DNA of 64,000 nucleotides, from the NCBI GenBank assembly GCA_040954595.2, contig CM082580.2:9774390-9838389 (forward strand). The letters are read 5' to 3'. Source of the stretch: Balanoglossus misakiensis (Eukaryota > Animalia > Hemichordata). The notes below the pieces were generated by a model. The model saw only the letters and a list, made by a program, of their open reading frames with translations, was not told where the DNA came from and did no database searches. A program made the translations under genes and the position numbers. Numbering within the stretch: position 1 is the first letter of the stretch; the number at the start of each line of letters is the position of its first letter. Shown here one piece after another: positions 35,270-50,800 of the stretch.

Positions 35270-38014
35270 GATGAACTTCTAGCCGTGCGCCAGTACAGTG
35301 GTATTATCTGAGGAAAGACAATACGTGTTGCCTTAGGCCAAACGCAGTACAGTTCACCAAAATAACGATCCCAATTATAATCCGAACCTGTCGAAATCAC
35401 ATTCCCCACTTTTCCTTATAGAAGGACCGAACTGGAGCAAAAAAAATAAAGTTTTCAGATTTAATTCGACTATCCAATATGCTATGATACATTGTTCATC
35501 GCCCTTCGAGTATATTTTTGTAGTGTTCTCATAATTTGCCATAATATAAGTGAAGAAAGATGGCATAAGTCTTGACATCAGGGGTTCCGAAATTTAATAA
35601 ATAAGCTGAATTTGCTGTCGTTAATGAGGACCATATAAACGCCTGTGCTCCCAAACGCCCTACTTAAAATAATCTCGCAGTTCGGGTGTACTCATTTGTG
35701 TCCGGGCAGAATAAGCCCTACATTCCAACTGCATGTATTCGCATTACGAGTACATGTGTGACGAAAGAAAACAACCTTTGTACTACAATTTTCTTGCGAA
35801 AAATATGTCCATTTACGGTGTCTGCAAATTAAAGTGTATTGAGACACCGACTACGACTAGGAAGATATGGAGACAAGATTTTATCCCCAAAATATAAGAA
35901 AGATACCTTTATTCCTGTCGGCACGTGTGCTCTTGGATTGAAGTTAGATCACCGCCGGCCAACATGGCGCCTATACACTAACGATGGTACGCTCGTAGAA
36001 AATGTGTATGGTAAACCTTGACTCGCGATGGCTGTGAGACAAATAGAGAGGCTTAAATGAACCCATTCAAATGGAAAAGAAAAAAGAAGAAGAAAAAGGC
36101 ACCGAAAAGGACAAAGGTGACCTTGTATGGCTATGGAGGTAGAATACCTCAATGGACCAGCTAAAGGCGTCACAATTATGATTTTCTGTCGTGTCATGCG
36201 ACTCCATTTCGGTGTTTCTTCGTTTTAAAGTTACAACTTGCAACTCGATTTGTTTTAACGTGACTCAAACGTTCACATACGCATAGTATAACCACACGAG
36301 CGCACATACAGAAGGTGCCGCGTTATCGCAGTAGGAGAGACGTTTTCTTTTTTAAAAAGATTTTGAAAACAACACACTCTTGCGGTGCGTGTGTTTTCAT
36401 TGTGTCGGAAAACCCTTCGCCTTCTGTCTCGAATTCACAAATCGTCAAAGCACCGTCCACTATCCCCGCTGTATAGACCACTTACGTACTAAAATTGGCA
36501 AAGCTGCCGAACATATCGAGCTAGCTCGTGAAGTATACAGTAACATTTTACGCACACCGGTAAAAAAAAAACAGAATCGTTTGTTTAGCTTTCTAAGGAG
36601 TTTTGACTTTTGCGGATTTCTCTGAAGACGCCGGGCTGGCGTGCCACTGAAATATCTTGTAACGTCGCTCACGTTCGGTAATTTGCTGATTTCGAAAAAA
36701 ATTCCCAATGCCACTGGCGCTTACATTTCTACTTCTCTTTATTCAAGAGAAGGCAGGAAATTACTTACCTAACCGAAGTTTCGGGAGCCGTTTCTCGAAG
36801 GAAACATGTATGTCGCCTTACAGATTATTTTTCGGTTGCCACATGTCAATGGAAAGGGGGGGGGAGGCTATCATCGAAATTGGAACGGACAGTTCCAAAG
36901 AAACGTAAGGTTGGGATGGGAGAAACTAGAATTAAAAGTCAAGTCTCCTGCGGATCCGCGAAGACTGGTTGTCTGCACGCCCGAAGCGACCGCCTCGACA
37001 TTAAAAACCGCTGCTTCACTTCCAAACAGCGAGCGCGATTTCAAAGCTCAGCGAAGGAAAGGGGTCTACTCGTATATTTCATTCAAGCTGGCTAACCCTC
37101 CGCGCAAAGTTTAGGAGTCTGTTGCCAAGGAGACGCCGAGAAGCCGAGGTGTGCGTGTCAAAAGGTCGTGAGGTTGTATACAGAGACCCATCCCAAGCCG
37201 GGCGACACCCCAACCGTTTTACCGTACTTTTTATTGTCCGCCAGCCTTTGTTCAGAACAAGGCCGGCCGTTCCCTTATTGTCTAAACATAACCGTATATT
37301 TAGTTGTCATGGGGCGGCCACACAATTGGGCCCAAAAATGATCAACAAAATACGTCTTAACGTGTTTTCACGGTGTAAAAATAAAGCAGACCCATTACTC
37401 GGTGAAAAGACAGTCTACCGTTATGGGACGATTCATTGTGTTTGCTCGAATAAAGGCCGCTATTCAATTGTTAACTTTATACGCATTGTACATGAGAAAA
37501 TGCAGTGAAGAGCGCTTTTCTCTAGACCCCGGTTGGACACAGACTAGTCGGGCACAGATTTGTGTCAGCCCAGACATTCCTTGGTGAACTGGTTTATTTG
37601 TAGAGTCATGTTATTCCTTTGCAGAAAGTTTCACTAGAAATGTTATGACGGATTTACAAATTCTGTCAGCCGACGATTTTTTATCATTTACTTCATAAAT
37701 ATTTATAAAGTCCGTCGGGTCAGAACGAACTAAACATTCCCAACACAGTGAATGTTGTAACCATGCGCACGATGTAGCAACAGATAGTTATGGATCACCA
37801 AGTTTTCACCATTTTAATGGTACTTACAGACTAAGCGAAGCATGTGGATTTTAGCGTGATGCGCTTTTCAATATCATAAAAACGCGAAAGAGAGAGTTCA
37901 TCGTCATCGAACAGCAGTCAATTCATTGTCCGCTCGGGCTCGCACGGGTCGTTGGCTCGACCAGAGTCTCCGGAGAGCAAGACCGTGGCGGGCGAAGATG
38001 CAGTCAGTTTATTA

Positions 38015-38194
<180 letters not shown>

Positions 38195-41100
38195 GCCCAA
38201 GCTAATAAGACTAACAGAATTGATACAATTTCGAGAGACATGCCATGGATGTAAACTGCATGACAGCTCCAAGTTTGCGACACCGGTCATGTGTTCCCCT
38301 GGTAGAAAGCAGTCAGCATGAGATTTCGTGGCGGAACCGGATACTAAGATTGCTCCCCAGCGAGCTTGCCTTGGTTGAGTCACGGTGTGTGGAGTGACCG
38401 TGGTTTAGTCAGCCTGAGGCACTTGAGTACATTGTATATAGACATCGAGGTGGGCCTGTGTGAGAGTCTAGTCTGGCTGTATGTCACAATGCAAACACAG
38501 CCATTCGATCATCATTCATTACGGTTTTAAGACCTCTCTGGAGTAATCCTGGGAGATCGGAAACGAGGAAACCTAAATATACACAGTTCAACCACCTGTT
38601 GATTGCTTCGTGGATCGGTGAAATTCACCTCTATAGCATAGAATATAAGGCCTACCTTTCCTGGTCGTGACTCTATATGATATACAACTATACATAAGCT
38701 TACACACAAAACTACTTTTAGGCCTACTGGTCGTGACTAGTACTCTATGACAGAAAAGTGTCAAGAGTTATAGCTAATGTCCCCTAAACGACCCCGCGAT
38801 GGTTCAGCATTGTTCGGATGCTGTTTATGGGTTTTACTTCGGCCGAAAGATTACCGTCCATTTTAGCTTACTTCAACTGACGTTTATTACCTTTACAAGT
38901 ACTCTCAGGCTGTCGGTCTAAACAGGGATGTCAGTGTGTAGCTTAACTCAAAGGTCTTTCAAAAGTAGCAGGCGGTAGAAATTATGAGAGGTCAAAAATA
39001 TAGGTGAAAGGGAGCGTTCCTTGTTGGAGTTAAAAAAACTAGCCTATAAAAAGGTAAATTACACATTTTCACCCATGTGAGTGTCAGCATGAGACAAACC
39101 AATTTATCTAAAAGTTAAATTTGATAGAACATTTGCTATTCAAAGTGCACCGCTCTCTTAAAACCTAAGACTTGACAAAACTTGGCGCATTTCAAGGTTA
39201 ACTCCTGTGCCACTTAGTAGTAAATGTGGCAAACTGATGCAGTTAAAAGTGCATTGCTCCAAGTGGGTGTTAATGTACCAAGTTTAATATAGGTCATTGC
39301 CATATCCTTCAATCATCTGAAGAGACGCAGCTCTTCTGGTGATATTTACTGTAATGTGCTTTTTAGTCGACTGTGCACTGGTGTACACCTGCTTGTGGAC
39401 TGAGGATCTTGACAATCACATGGAACCACTGCACATTACGTGAACTTACAACTGCACTACATGTGCCCAGACTCTGCTCTCTTGGGATGTTATATGTGCT
39501 ATTCAATTTAGTCCACTGAGATGTCGCACTGGCGCAGTGCAATATCCAGATAGTGCACTGCACTTGACATAATAGCGTTCACTCACAACACACAAGATAA
39601 CAAATTAGTCATTGTTCATTTTGAAAGAAATGCTGCCTGAAGAACTGATTCCAGGTGCACATAATTAGTTCGGCCACACGAACCACCATCTTTGTAATCT
39701 CTGCGCTGCGCTCAGCTTTTGGTTGGGGTTTCATTTTTACCTCGCACGTGGTTTCGCCTGAAAGTTCCATTTTTTCGATGAACCAGAACTTCCTTGAATA
39801 CCTTGCTGACGTACAATCGGATGTTCCTAATCAATAGAATAACTATACCTTTAAATGTTTCGAGAGAAAAGGACAGAAAACTGTTACTTACAGTGGAGGA
39901 GATTTGCGCAGTGGGGACTGCACGCCAGAGAAAGGGCACCCTCGATTTTCCTCGTCACTTTCCATGACCGATAGTTAACGTACATCAACCAAAACCTTGG
40001 GAAAATACAGCCCATGTCGCCACAGTCACGACCTTCACGTTCGTTTGATTGTCGGAAATTGCTCTTGGTAATGACCAGGACGTTGTAGTCACACTTTCAG
40101 CCATGGTGTTTGTACGCCAAAGATTGAGTATCGAATGATGGAAGTGGCACCTCACTGACCATCTGACAAATGAACTGGCAGACAATTACCCAATCGCAAT
40201 GGGTTATTCACCAGGTGCATTTTGTGAGGCTTGTGATTGGTTGGTGCGATTGAGAACAATGATGGCGGGGCTGTCCGCCTCTCAAAGACCATAATAATCA
40301 ATCAGAAGCCAAGTTTAACAATTAAAAAAAATAGCCGGTAAATAACAGAGTTCATCTCACTCAAATCTGCGTTTGTTTCGGTTGTTTCTTTTGAAATGAG
40401 ACCAAGACGCAATGTACTGACTTTGCATGGGAACTACATATTCATCTTTATTATTACCGTAACAGTAATACATGTACTTGACAGTGGGTTACATCATTAC
40501 ATTTGACTCAAGAGAGGAGTGAGTATACACGACCTCACCTTGGTTGTCAATCAATCACAAAATAGATCGCACAAAACTGGCACAAGTTTCAGACTATATA
40601 TACATATAAGACCGAGTAATATAATTTAATAATTTAATATAATTTAGATTTGTTTGGGTTCTTGGGAATGGTGGAGTATTGCGTGGGATAGTTCAACTGG
40701 TGATGTGCGGTCGCTGGGATATTCGTTGGAATGACTAATCATATTTCGAGAATTGCATGTTTTGGTCGTAGACAAAGTATGTCACTGCTGCAAAGCAAAC
40801 AGTTTTCTCAAGTTACTTCTATGGGTGTAGCGACCTGGTTTTGCAAACTGTGCAAAATACACCAAACTTTACTCTCATTGACAGATGATCTTTAAGAGAG
40901 CTGAACCACACATCAACAGTTGACGAAATGCTAACCCGCACATATTGGTGTTGAGGGATGTGGGGGTGGGGGGAAGGGGGTGTGGGGGGTACTCTTCATA
41001 TATTATACAATGTAATCTTACACCCGTAAGATGATGAGACATAGAATACAGATACTCATGAAAACAAGACACCCTAATTTTGAAACTTGTTTCCCTCAAA

Positions 41101-42712
41101 CCAACATCACTATTGGCTCTCCTCCACTGAATTAAATGGCGAAAACTTTTCATATGAAAAGTTTTGACAGTGTATCTGATTTTCAAAAGTACCACGTTAT
41201 ATGTCAAATGTATACACTCACACTTCCTGTACAATTGCACATATCCAGTCATATCCAAGAATTTTTACTCATTTTTTCAGATATTGTTCCCGTTTTATAC
41301 CTATATATACATTCACTATGGCTTAATAATTTCACTTCTTTGATATTTCAGGAAATGGTATTCTCTCAAAACTGTGTCCTCTTATAGTAGTGCTTGGATT
41401 ATACACATCACAGTAATATAGATGCAACACTTAAAAATAAATAAATGCTAAAGTAATATGGTAGCTTTCCTCTGATTGGCAGACAAATCAAATCCAGGTA
41501 TAGACTCGCCCAATCACGGACCTTTACCCATGTAGTTTGGGCTTAGTTACATTACAGTGCCTGAAAGCAGATAAATCATGCAACATTCCATAACCAGTAA
41601 AATCAAAAATGCCATTCTATAATGCCAAAATATGCTGAAGAATTGCACTGAGAGTAAATTGCCCAACCGCATTGCAATAAATGACTATCCTAGAGGTTCT
41701 GATGGGTTAACCTGTGCATACACCAGTAAGTATACAAATTACAATAGCTAGTATGGAGTATTGAGTTCAAAATCATACAGTGCGGTGGACAAAAGTCTTG
41801 TAAGAGTGAAGGCATGATAGAACTCTAATTTTTTTTTTCAGAATAAGATCTACCACATGCAATCTAAAATAAACTTTCTTCTTTCTGATATGATCACAAT
41901 TAATGCACTTCATTGGTAAATTTAATTCAAATTGTACAAATTCATTTGGTTGAGTGTATCCATTTCTGAGCAACCAAACTTACAACGATCTGTGACCTTT
42001 TATTAAATGGACCAAAAAAAACCTTGATGGCAAATTCATAAAATCCGTCTTGGATCTCACCGAGCTCCGTAAATAAAAATTTGGCAACTTTAACTTAAAT
42101 GGACAGAGCGTGGGCAACCTTTTTTGTACATAATATTTTATCATGATTGGTTTTGCATTTCCTTTGAATCATTGCTTCTGGAGTTGTCTCAGAAATGGGC
42201 AAAAATCTCGTACTCATCGATTTGCAGATTTCCATGACATGTGCGCAAAAGACGGACTTACTCACATGATTGCAGGGGGATGCCCGATTAACATTGTCAT
42301 GGAAACGACTGACTCGCGCATTATAGATACAGCTCTTGGTTTCTCTCTGTTTTACAGATTTGTACAACTTTTTTTAAATATTATTGTTTGAAAATATCTC
42401 ACCCTGTTTTTTTTCTACCAGAAAGGAGCTCAAAAAGAACATGCGAGATAAAACTGAAGGACTTGACTTTCTCTCTTTTCTTCATTTCTGACTGTAAATT
42501 AAGTTTTTATTTAATTGAACCTGCTATTTTTTGCACACAACTCACAATCAGCTAAGTACATGATCTATTTGGCAAATTTTGAGACGATGGGAAAAAAAAT
42601 AGACTAGAAGCAAAACGCATAACTGCAACTCGCAAATGAACAAATTATCTCACTTAAACTACAGCATCTATCCTTGGTGTTGGCAGCTTTTGAAATGAAC
42701 ATTCAGTCTCTT

Positions 42713-44856
42713 ACAGTGACAAGATTATGCCGAATATGATGTTGTAATTTCAAGCTAGGCATTTTCTTTCTTTGGCAAACACATAAAGCAACGGCAATAC
42801 AGACAGAAAAATAAAGACAAAGAATATATACTTGGGGGGGTCATGATGACATATTCTGACACAAGAATTCTCAGCATGTTAGAGTACGTTTCTAATATGT
42901 GAATTACAGATTTCATTGATTGTTGCTTACTTAATTATCAGTAGGAGGCAAACGCCTCAATTTGGTTAGATTTGAAATTTTTATTGTCAGTTTTTCATAG
43001 CGTTCCCCGATTTCTCTCTTTATGTTCCTTTATAACTTACTTGATGAAACTCAGTGATATTCTGCTAAAATAATGTAGGAAGGGCTAAAGAAGGATATGC
43101 ACTGCCCTCAAGGAGATATGCTGAGAGTCCTTTTGTTTTTGAAGTACAGGGATTCATTACAAACTTGGGCAGAACTACAATGCCTAGAATATAGAATCCT
43201 GCACAGGAGTTTGACTTGGTGAAACGTGAATCTTGGGAGTCACATCAGATTTCCAAAATGGGAGATTTTTTGTTGTTGAAATCATCAGCTTGTGTTGGTT
43301 GTTTTTTTTCGTCCTCAGAATTCCATTTACTGAGGTAGGGCTTTCAAGATGGCGTTCACCTCTTCAGCGACCGATTTCAGTGCGAAGTCAAACTGGTTCT
43401 GTTGGTAAAAAGAAAGAAAGTGAAAAAATCATGACAGATCAGTAGAAAAATTGAAATAAGATGGTCCAGAATGCAGAAATGAACATAAAACCGATCAAAC
43501 ACATGAAAATAATGAACCCAATTCAACACCACTGACCTCAACCCATTAAACAACCCCCCCCCCCTGCATATTTGAACACCCTCAGTGTTATATACTCACC
43601 CTTGTCTTCACCATTTGCAATCTCTGATCTCTGATATGCTCTAGTGTGGCAGCGATATCAATCTCTTTGGCACCTTTCGTCATGCGATTCAAGACCATGT
43701 CAACCAAACAGTAAGTACCGGTACGTCCGCATCCATCACTGCAACAACAATAAAAATGCATACATAAGAACAGTTTGAAAAATCAGAAGTCTGAAGGATA
43801 AGAGATTATTGTTGGCTCTGGTCAAGCGACCAGAGTCAGAAAGTCACAGAGAGAACAAAAAAAATCTTACATCAGTCATTTTATTCCGATTAATTGAGGA
43901 CTGAAAAAAGTGCTTGATAATCATAATTTTACTTTTGAAACTCTTAACTATCCCAAATCTTAAAAATACTGACTCAGGTATCCTTGTTAAACTCGACAGT
44001 TTGTTGGCTACAAGACAGCTTAACCCAGCGACAACTGAACACAAAAAATCACAGTCACGTGGCATCAAGCTGGATTTCTGTCAAATCTTATATCGTTGTA
44101 CGTGTAAGATTTCGGCAATAATTGGTTGAGGTTAAAGCCGGGTCGCGCAAATGAAAGTTCCAAAGTATCTAGATCACAACCCAACAGGGGATGTCATCAT
44201 ACACACTAACACCACGGGGACATTCACACTCTAAGTCCATAATTCACCATCATGTCCGCAAAAGCTCATATGACAGTGACAAGATTATGCCGAATATGAT
44301 GTTGTAATTTCAAGCTAGGCATTTTCTTTCTTTGGCAAACACATAAAGCAACGGCAATACAGACAGAAAAATAAAGACAAAGAATATATACTTGGGGGGG
44401 TCATGATGACATATTCTGACACAAGAATTCTCAGCATGTTAGAGTACGTTTCTAATATGTGAATTACAGATTTCATTGATTGTTGCTTACTTAATTATCA
44501 GTAGGAGGCAAACGCCTCAATTTGGTTAGATTTGAAATTAAAAATACTGACTCAGGTATCCTTGTTAAACTCGACAGTTTGTTGGCTACAAGACAGCTTA
44601 ACCCAGCGACAACTGAACACAAAAAATCACAGTCACGTGGCATCAAGCTGGATTTCTGTCAAATCTTATATCGTTGTACGTGTAAGATTTCGGCAATAAT
44701 TGGTTGAGGTTAAAGCCGGGTCGCGCAAATGAAAGTTCCAAAGTATCTAGATCACAACCCAACAGGGGATGTCATCATACACACTAACACCACGGGGACA
44801 TTCACACTCTAAGTCCATAATTCACCATCATGTCCGCAAAAGCTCATATGACAGTG
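42713..44856. repeat. Local two-part duplication A-X-B-A'-B': A 42713-42979 = A' 44273-44539; B 43960-44278 = B' 44538-44856
   Basis: The copies read identical by eye (offsets 1560 and 578 bp). Junction microhomologies are ACAGTG and TT. The ORF track shows the same spurious peptide twice (43914 and 44522). Confidence 0.92.
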
Positions 44857-47800
44857 CAATATCAGCGCTCATTATCTGTGCTTTGCGCTTTGGCTGCAAA
44901 ATAAACTAATCGCCGGCCCGAGAGCTGCCTTCCATAACGATGATAAATCACTCATTTGACATGTACTCCTTTTTCTCTCTCTCTTCTCCAGCGGTACACA
45001 CTGCATGTTGTTAATGAGCCCATGCTCCCTTAGTGTTTTCATATTTTGTAGTTCTCACTTTAGCAATAGTAAAAAAATACCCAGATCACGAAGTCTCGAG
45101 AGTTACTGGCTATTTGTGCCGATTTACGTGTTGTGCATGTTCACCTCGGTGATCCTCACAATCGTAAATCAACTCTCATTTGATACAGGACGCATAATTG
45201 GCCGTTTTGCACTGCCAAACACTATAAAGGGGGCTAGACAGCCAACCCTTCCCATGCAATCATACCCTTGCAGGTTTTCCTATGTCTACAAATGTCATGT
45301 TATTTTGATTAATCAAGCTTGAAAAATGACTTTACTAAGTATTTTCATAAAACCCTGTATTCTGCTCTGAGAAGAAATATTGAAATCCCCATTTATGCAT
45401 GGTTTTCTTCCTCTCTAGAAATCTCTGATCAAGAATCAATTTTTTTCCCTCATCTACGCCCACTTACACGTATTTTAATATTTTCTCCTTAAGTTTTTAA
45501 AACCTAGGACTGCTTGATTTACGCAATTTAGGATTTACATTCTTTCGTCTGGTTTTCTTTCAAAATGTCGAGCAACTCAGTGAGGAATAACTTAATAGAG
45601 ACAACATCACTGTACCCAATAAACCCTAACCCTAACCGAACTGTGAATGGATGCTGGTTTGTACAACATCACAAGGAACTGGAATTTCAATCTACTAAAC
45701 CACGATGATGATAAATGCCCAACATGGTAACAGTGATGATGTAACCATGGTGACAATGATGATGACCACAACTGAAAGTCATAAGGATAATGATAATGGA
45801 AAATAAAATATTATTGGTTATGTTCGAGTACTCATTCTTTGCCTTTTATGCGATTGAAGGCGTATGTCTAAGTCTATCGTGTTCATCTTTTAGGTCACTC
45901 AACACAAATGCTAATTGCATGTCTGGATGCATGTTGTTGGGTTTGTGTTTTTTATGGCTAATTCTGTCAACGTGACTCAGAAAAAAAAGGTTGCAGCCAT
46001 TACGGGGCAAGGACAGTCAATACCGTCATTAGACGAAGTAAAGGAGAAGCCCATAAAATTTTACTCGAGTCTCACAACTGCTATTATAAACCTTTCAGTG
46101 GCTGCGCAGGGGGGCAGGCAAAACCAGGCTGTGAGGGAAAATTGCGAGTTGCACGTAACAACAACCAGTTTTGAGTTGGCAATACAAAAACAGGGCACAT
46201 CAAAAGGATTTGACAGCCATATGACAATACAGCTTCACCTGTGATGCACTGCGCTGTTATTACATGAAAGAAAGAAAGAAAATAAATCCATGCGACCGAA
46301 TCATCCAGCATTCAATATCTGCTCACGATAATACTTCATGGTGAGCACGATGTTTATCTCAGACAGCAATCCATATTCTGAAACCACCGCCACTGGTAAT
46401 TGCTCAGTATGGCCTCCAAAAACTTTGAATCCACCTTTTTGAAGAAACACTAAGGAGTGCGGGCACTGCAGGAAAATGGCACAATTTTTTTTTTAAATTG
46501 CGATTTCACATCCATGCAAATTACATCAATAAAATACCGTGCTTTATCATATCCCACTGTCTTCAGGTTTTTTAAATGTCTGATACATGTGCAAGCTGTC
46601 TGCGAAAAATCTGAAAGAGCTAGAATACAGCTCGAGTGGATGATTTGAGAATAGTTTTTTTGAGGGGAAAAACGCTGTGAAAGTTATCTTTGGATGTAGA
46701 CAGATTACGAAAATGGGAGTTACGTGTATTTTGAACGTTGAGGCTCAATAGTTTTAATCGAGTGCTTTTAGCAGGGCCTGCTTATCTCAGTGGACCTGTT
46801 CTGCTCGAGTAAAAGACTCTGAATCGGAAATGTGTCTTTTGATAGTCCTTGGGTAGATTTGAAAGAGGGCATCTTTGAAAGTCACAGCTGACTTGTTTTT
46901 CGACTTCAAAAAATCTCCTAGATGTACACGCACACAAAGCACGCCAAATCAAAATGCTTAAGAGAGCCCATACAGTTGCTTGTTGCGAAATTATCAATAA
47001 TTCACTAGTTGTTTGTCGAAGGAGCTTGGAACATGAACCATCAAGTACTCCAACAGCCCCTTTTGCGCTGCTCTCCATCATGTCTCGGCTAATTCGACGA
47101 TGTTTTATAGACCTTGTCGTGTTTGCCAGTGGGCCCACTTCACCAGCCAGGACTCTGCTTCCTCTTTCCACGTTTTTTTTTCCGTCTCTCCCGGATTTGT
47201 GCCGGCATTGCCGCTTCCGATGTCATGTCTAATCAATCAGGGAATGCAAGGGCCAAGCCGACACTTATCTATCCTGATGCGCCCGGCACAACAAGAGACA
47301 ATGTTTCTCTCCGCTGAGAGAGAGAGAGAGAGGCCCTCTCCTTCTACAGCATTTCATTCATGATAAATTTAACAAATCACACTGAGGACTCAGTCAAATC
47401 CACTCCAAACACATGGTTGCTGTCGTCTGCATTGTGTTTTAAATGCACAAACTCCGGCACCTCCGAAGCATTTTCCGTCTCCTTCCAGAAAACACACTTC
47501 CGAAACGTGCGTCTCAATTTTCTCCTTCCAATTTAATCCCGCAGTTGCTGTGTCAATCACAGAGTTCACTTTTGTGAAATTTGTTGCAGCTTGTCTGCCA
47601 CCACAGATCGAGCGATTCTTGGAGAAAAAAAAACCCACTCATCTTTGTGTATCACACACTTTACAATCAGCCCTTGATTGTGTAGCTATATAATCCAATC
47701 ATCAAAACTGAAGGAACATATGTTTCAAAACATCAAATATAATATTTCCATAATGACACAACTGAATAACCAAAAACTGCAAATCATAAACAGCAATGCA

Positions 47801-50800
47801 GTAGAAAATTGTCTGAATTTGAAACATTATTTTTCCTGACTAGAAAGCTGACACCGATATCCACATATCTTAACCTACAAAATGCAATATTAAAATTCAG
47901 CCCTGCGCGTTGCTTATTTGTTCAGCAGATTTACTAAAAAGCCTGATTACTCATAATCCCTATTTGAAAGATTTGTAATGCCCAGATCACAACCGAGGAA
48001 TTACAGGAAATCGTTGTTCTGTGCTCTGCATTATCAACCAGTCGGCGGTCATGATAGCCCCTGCATCCTGTGTTTCTCTCATCTGTCAAAGTACATCATA
48101 GCAGCGACGCTTGCCAAAAACGAATCTGTCTTAATCTCCAAAGAAAGGAATAAATCCTACACTTTTAAGATTCGCGTTTGACAAAAGGACAATGACGGCA
48201 GTGGCTTACGTAGATTTCCTCCCCGCGTCGGGGAAACCTCATTTATCAAAAACAACAAGAAGACAAGTACACCAAGCAGAGATTGATTTGCGAGTATCAA
48301 TGCATCTCTCGGAGAAGAATCGTTCATGATAGAAAAAAAAATCAACAAAGGCATCAACTGCTTCATGAAATTAAAATGATCGCAATGACAAAACATTTCT
48401 AGACCGACGCTTGGAATCACAGAATGTCCTTCTAAAAAGTGCAAACTGAGATCTTCTATGCAACAACTGCTCCTCATCTACAAATTCAGATTTATTGACG
48501 ACACATAAAGGTTTCTCAGCAGCTTCAATTGAAAAATGGCAGAATTTATATAACATGTGTCTTATCTTTTTTATAAACGCCTCTACCAATCAGAGCCCGT
48601 GGTTTTATTCCCTTTATTAATTTTTCTTTTCCCCACGCGAGAATAGAATAGAAGCTGAAAGGAAGTGGCAGTGATGTCCTGGTGAGATATACAGACAGAA
48701 ACACATGCAGCAGATTTGTATAAAATCGTTGAGAAGTCAGTGGAGGATATAAAAAATGATGGCGGACACAATTCCCAATTCAATTTGCTATCCATCACTC
48801 CTTTTTGTCTCCGGGGAAACTATACAGTTATACATATAGAAGAAAAAGACAACAGCCGAAAAAATTTCTGCCGGCGATTTTCTCCTTGTTACCCCCTTCA
48901 TGTTTTAAGCCCTTCTATTGATACTAACAGGTGAAAGAAGCACTAGCTCTTGAAAATTCCCACGAGTTTTTTTAATGACAGCTTGCTTTATAATCCCCCA
49001 ACAGCCGCAGTTTTGTGAAGCTGTCAGTAGAGAAACTGTCACAAACACAATTACCATCCACGTATATATATTCAATCAAATCACTTGGCTATACTATACA
49101 TTGGAGCGAGGATTCAAAAAAAAAATATCTCGGCCATTACAACTGTGTCTCGGCCTCAATACCAACATAATACACAGACAACAGCAAAGCCAAGAAGTGA
49201 ATACTTAAATTGAATTTTTCTGCTCATTGAAAGCAAATTTACTTTTATTTCTAATGAAACATTGATATAAGCATGTGTCTGTTCGGTCTTTGAATTTCAC
49301 ACTGTCTCCCGTGGCTTCTCGTTTCAATGGCTTATCTTTGCTGCCAATGTGAAGGATGTCTCTGATGGACACCAGTCAAGTTTGAGAGTGTGAAAGTCGA
49401 AAGGAGCAAGGTGTAGCACCAAGGCCACACTTTGAGTATGTGCAAGTACACAAGAGATCTGATGGTGTGTGAAGTGTTTAATTGGCATGCCTGTCAGTAC
49501 ACAGGGTGATCAGGCGAGTACTTGTACAGCTTGACAAGTACATGTATATGGATCACTGTCATGTGATTTGGCCACGCATACATGTACATGTAGAGGTAAA
49601 CGTACTAGACGTATGCAGCTGTCAACCAAGCAGCTTCTTTGGAAGCATACCTGGCAAACATTCAGAGATTATTTAATACCAACCTGCAGTGAACAACGAT
49701 GGGACAGGCTCTTCCTCTGAAAGACTTGTTCACTTTTCTGTAAAAACGGTAAGAAAAGAGAGAGAGAGAAAAAATATGAGAGAAATCAATATTATTTGTG
49801 ACATGTTCATTAAGATGCACGTGTAGATTGGTCATCTTGTCTCTCATAATCTGTGGGTCCAACTGGAATAGCACTCACTCACTTTTGACATAATCTTGCT
49901 ATCTTGTGGTAAAACACCGTACATGTTTGATGTTTGATCAGGGGATATGACAAGGGCTTGAAAAATAGATGAGGTAAAATGTGCTTTTGATAAATTTAAA
50001 CAGAAGATTTGAGGCCGCTATTAAACTTCAATTAACAAGCAAAGTTCGTCACACAATTAATTTATAAGAATTTCAGTGCGTTTCCCCCAAAAATGTATAT
50101 AACAGAAAACCGGGGAACCCACATTCTCGAAGGGGCTTGAAATCATCTTTCCAAGCGCCAGATGTCGGGAGAAGGCAAAAAGATACCCTAAGTGACAGAA
50201 AAAAACGCTGGCAAAGTCATTTGTATGCTACTGTATTAGAGAATCTTGCTGTTTCGCCACGGGAAATGACACTTATTATTTAGATCCCCCTACAGGAAAG
50301 TAGAAGGGATATGATGGGGTTTGCAGATTACAGTGGAAACAGAATTTTCTATGACGTACAAGTCTCGCATAAAGGAATTACAGAAATCTGGCTGCGGGGA
50401 GAATTGATTGGGGCAAAAAACTCGGCCCTATGTGGACTGCATTATAAAATACTATTACACGAAATTTCGCTTTTATCCTAAATTGGTGACAAAGTAGCCA
50501 GCGTTTTCTTGCTGTTTTGGAGTGATGTGCAGGAGGCACAGATATGTACATGTAGAGAATTACATGTATGTGGCATTTTGAAGGTGATGTGAACATCATC
50601 AACTGATTGTATCCTAGCAACCGCAGCAGACAGAGATGAAAAGACTAGAGAGGAAAAAAACCTGTAAAGGAGACAAGACTTATATACCATCAGGTGTTTT
50701 CGTGCGCTTTTCAAGAATCTGAAGTGCGCGTTATCTGCTACCAACAGGATTACAAGATGAAATTTTGAATGCGATAAACCAGTGCCTATCTGACAGTTGC

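Noticed and set aside
43914-44707. Two near-identical short ORFs suggesting a duplicated small gene
   Set aside because: Both come from the duplicated intronic segment B, on the strand opposite IA-2, with non-ATG starts and no coding signal.
45622-45637. Telomere-like CCCTAA repeats
   Set aside because: Only about two units; expected by chance or from a small repeat.
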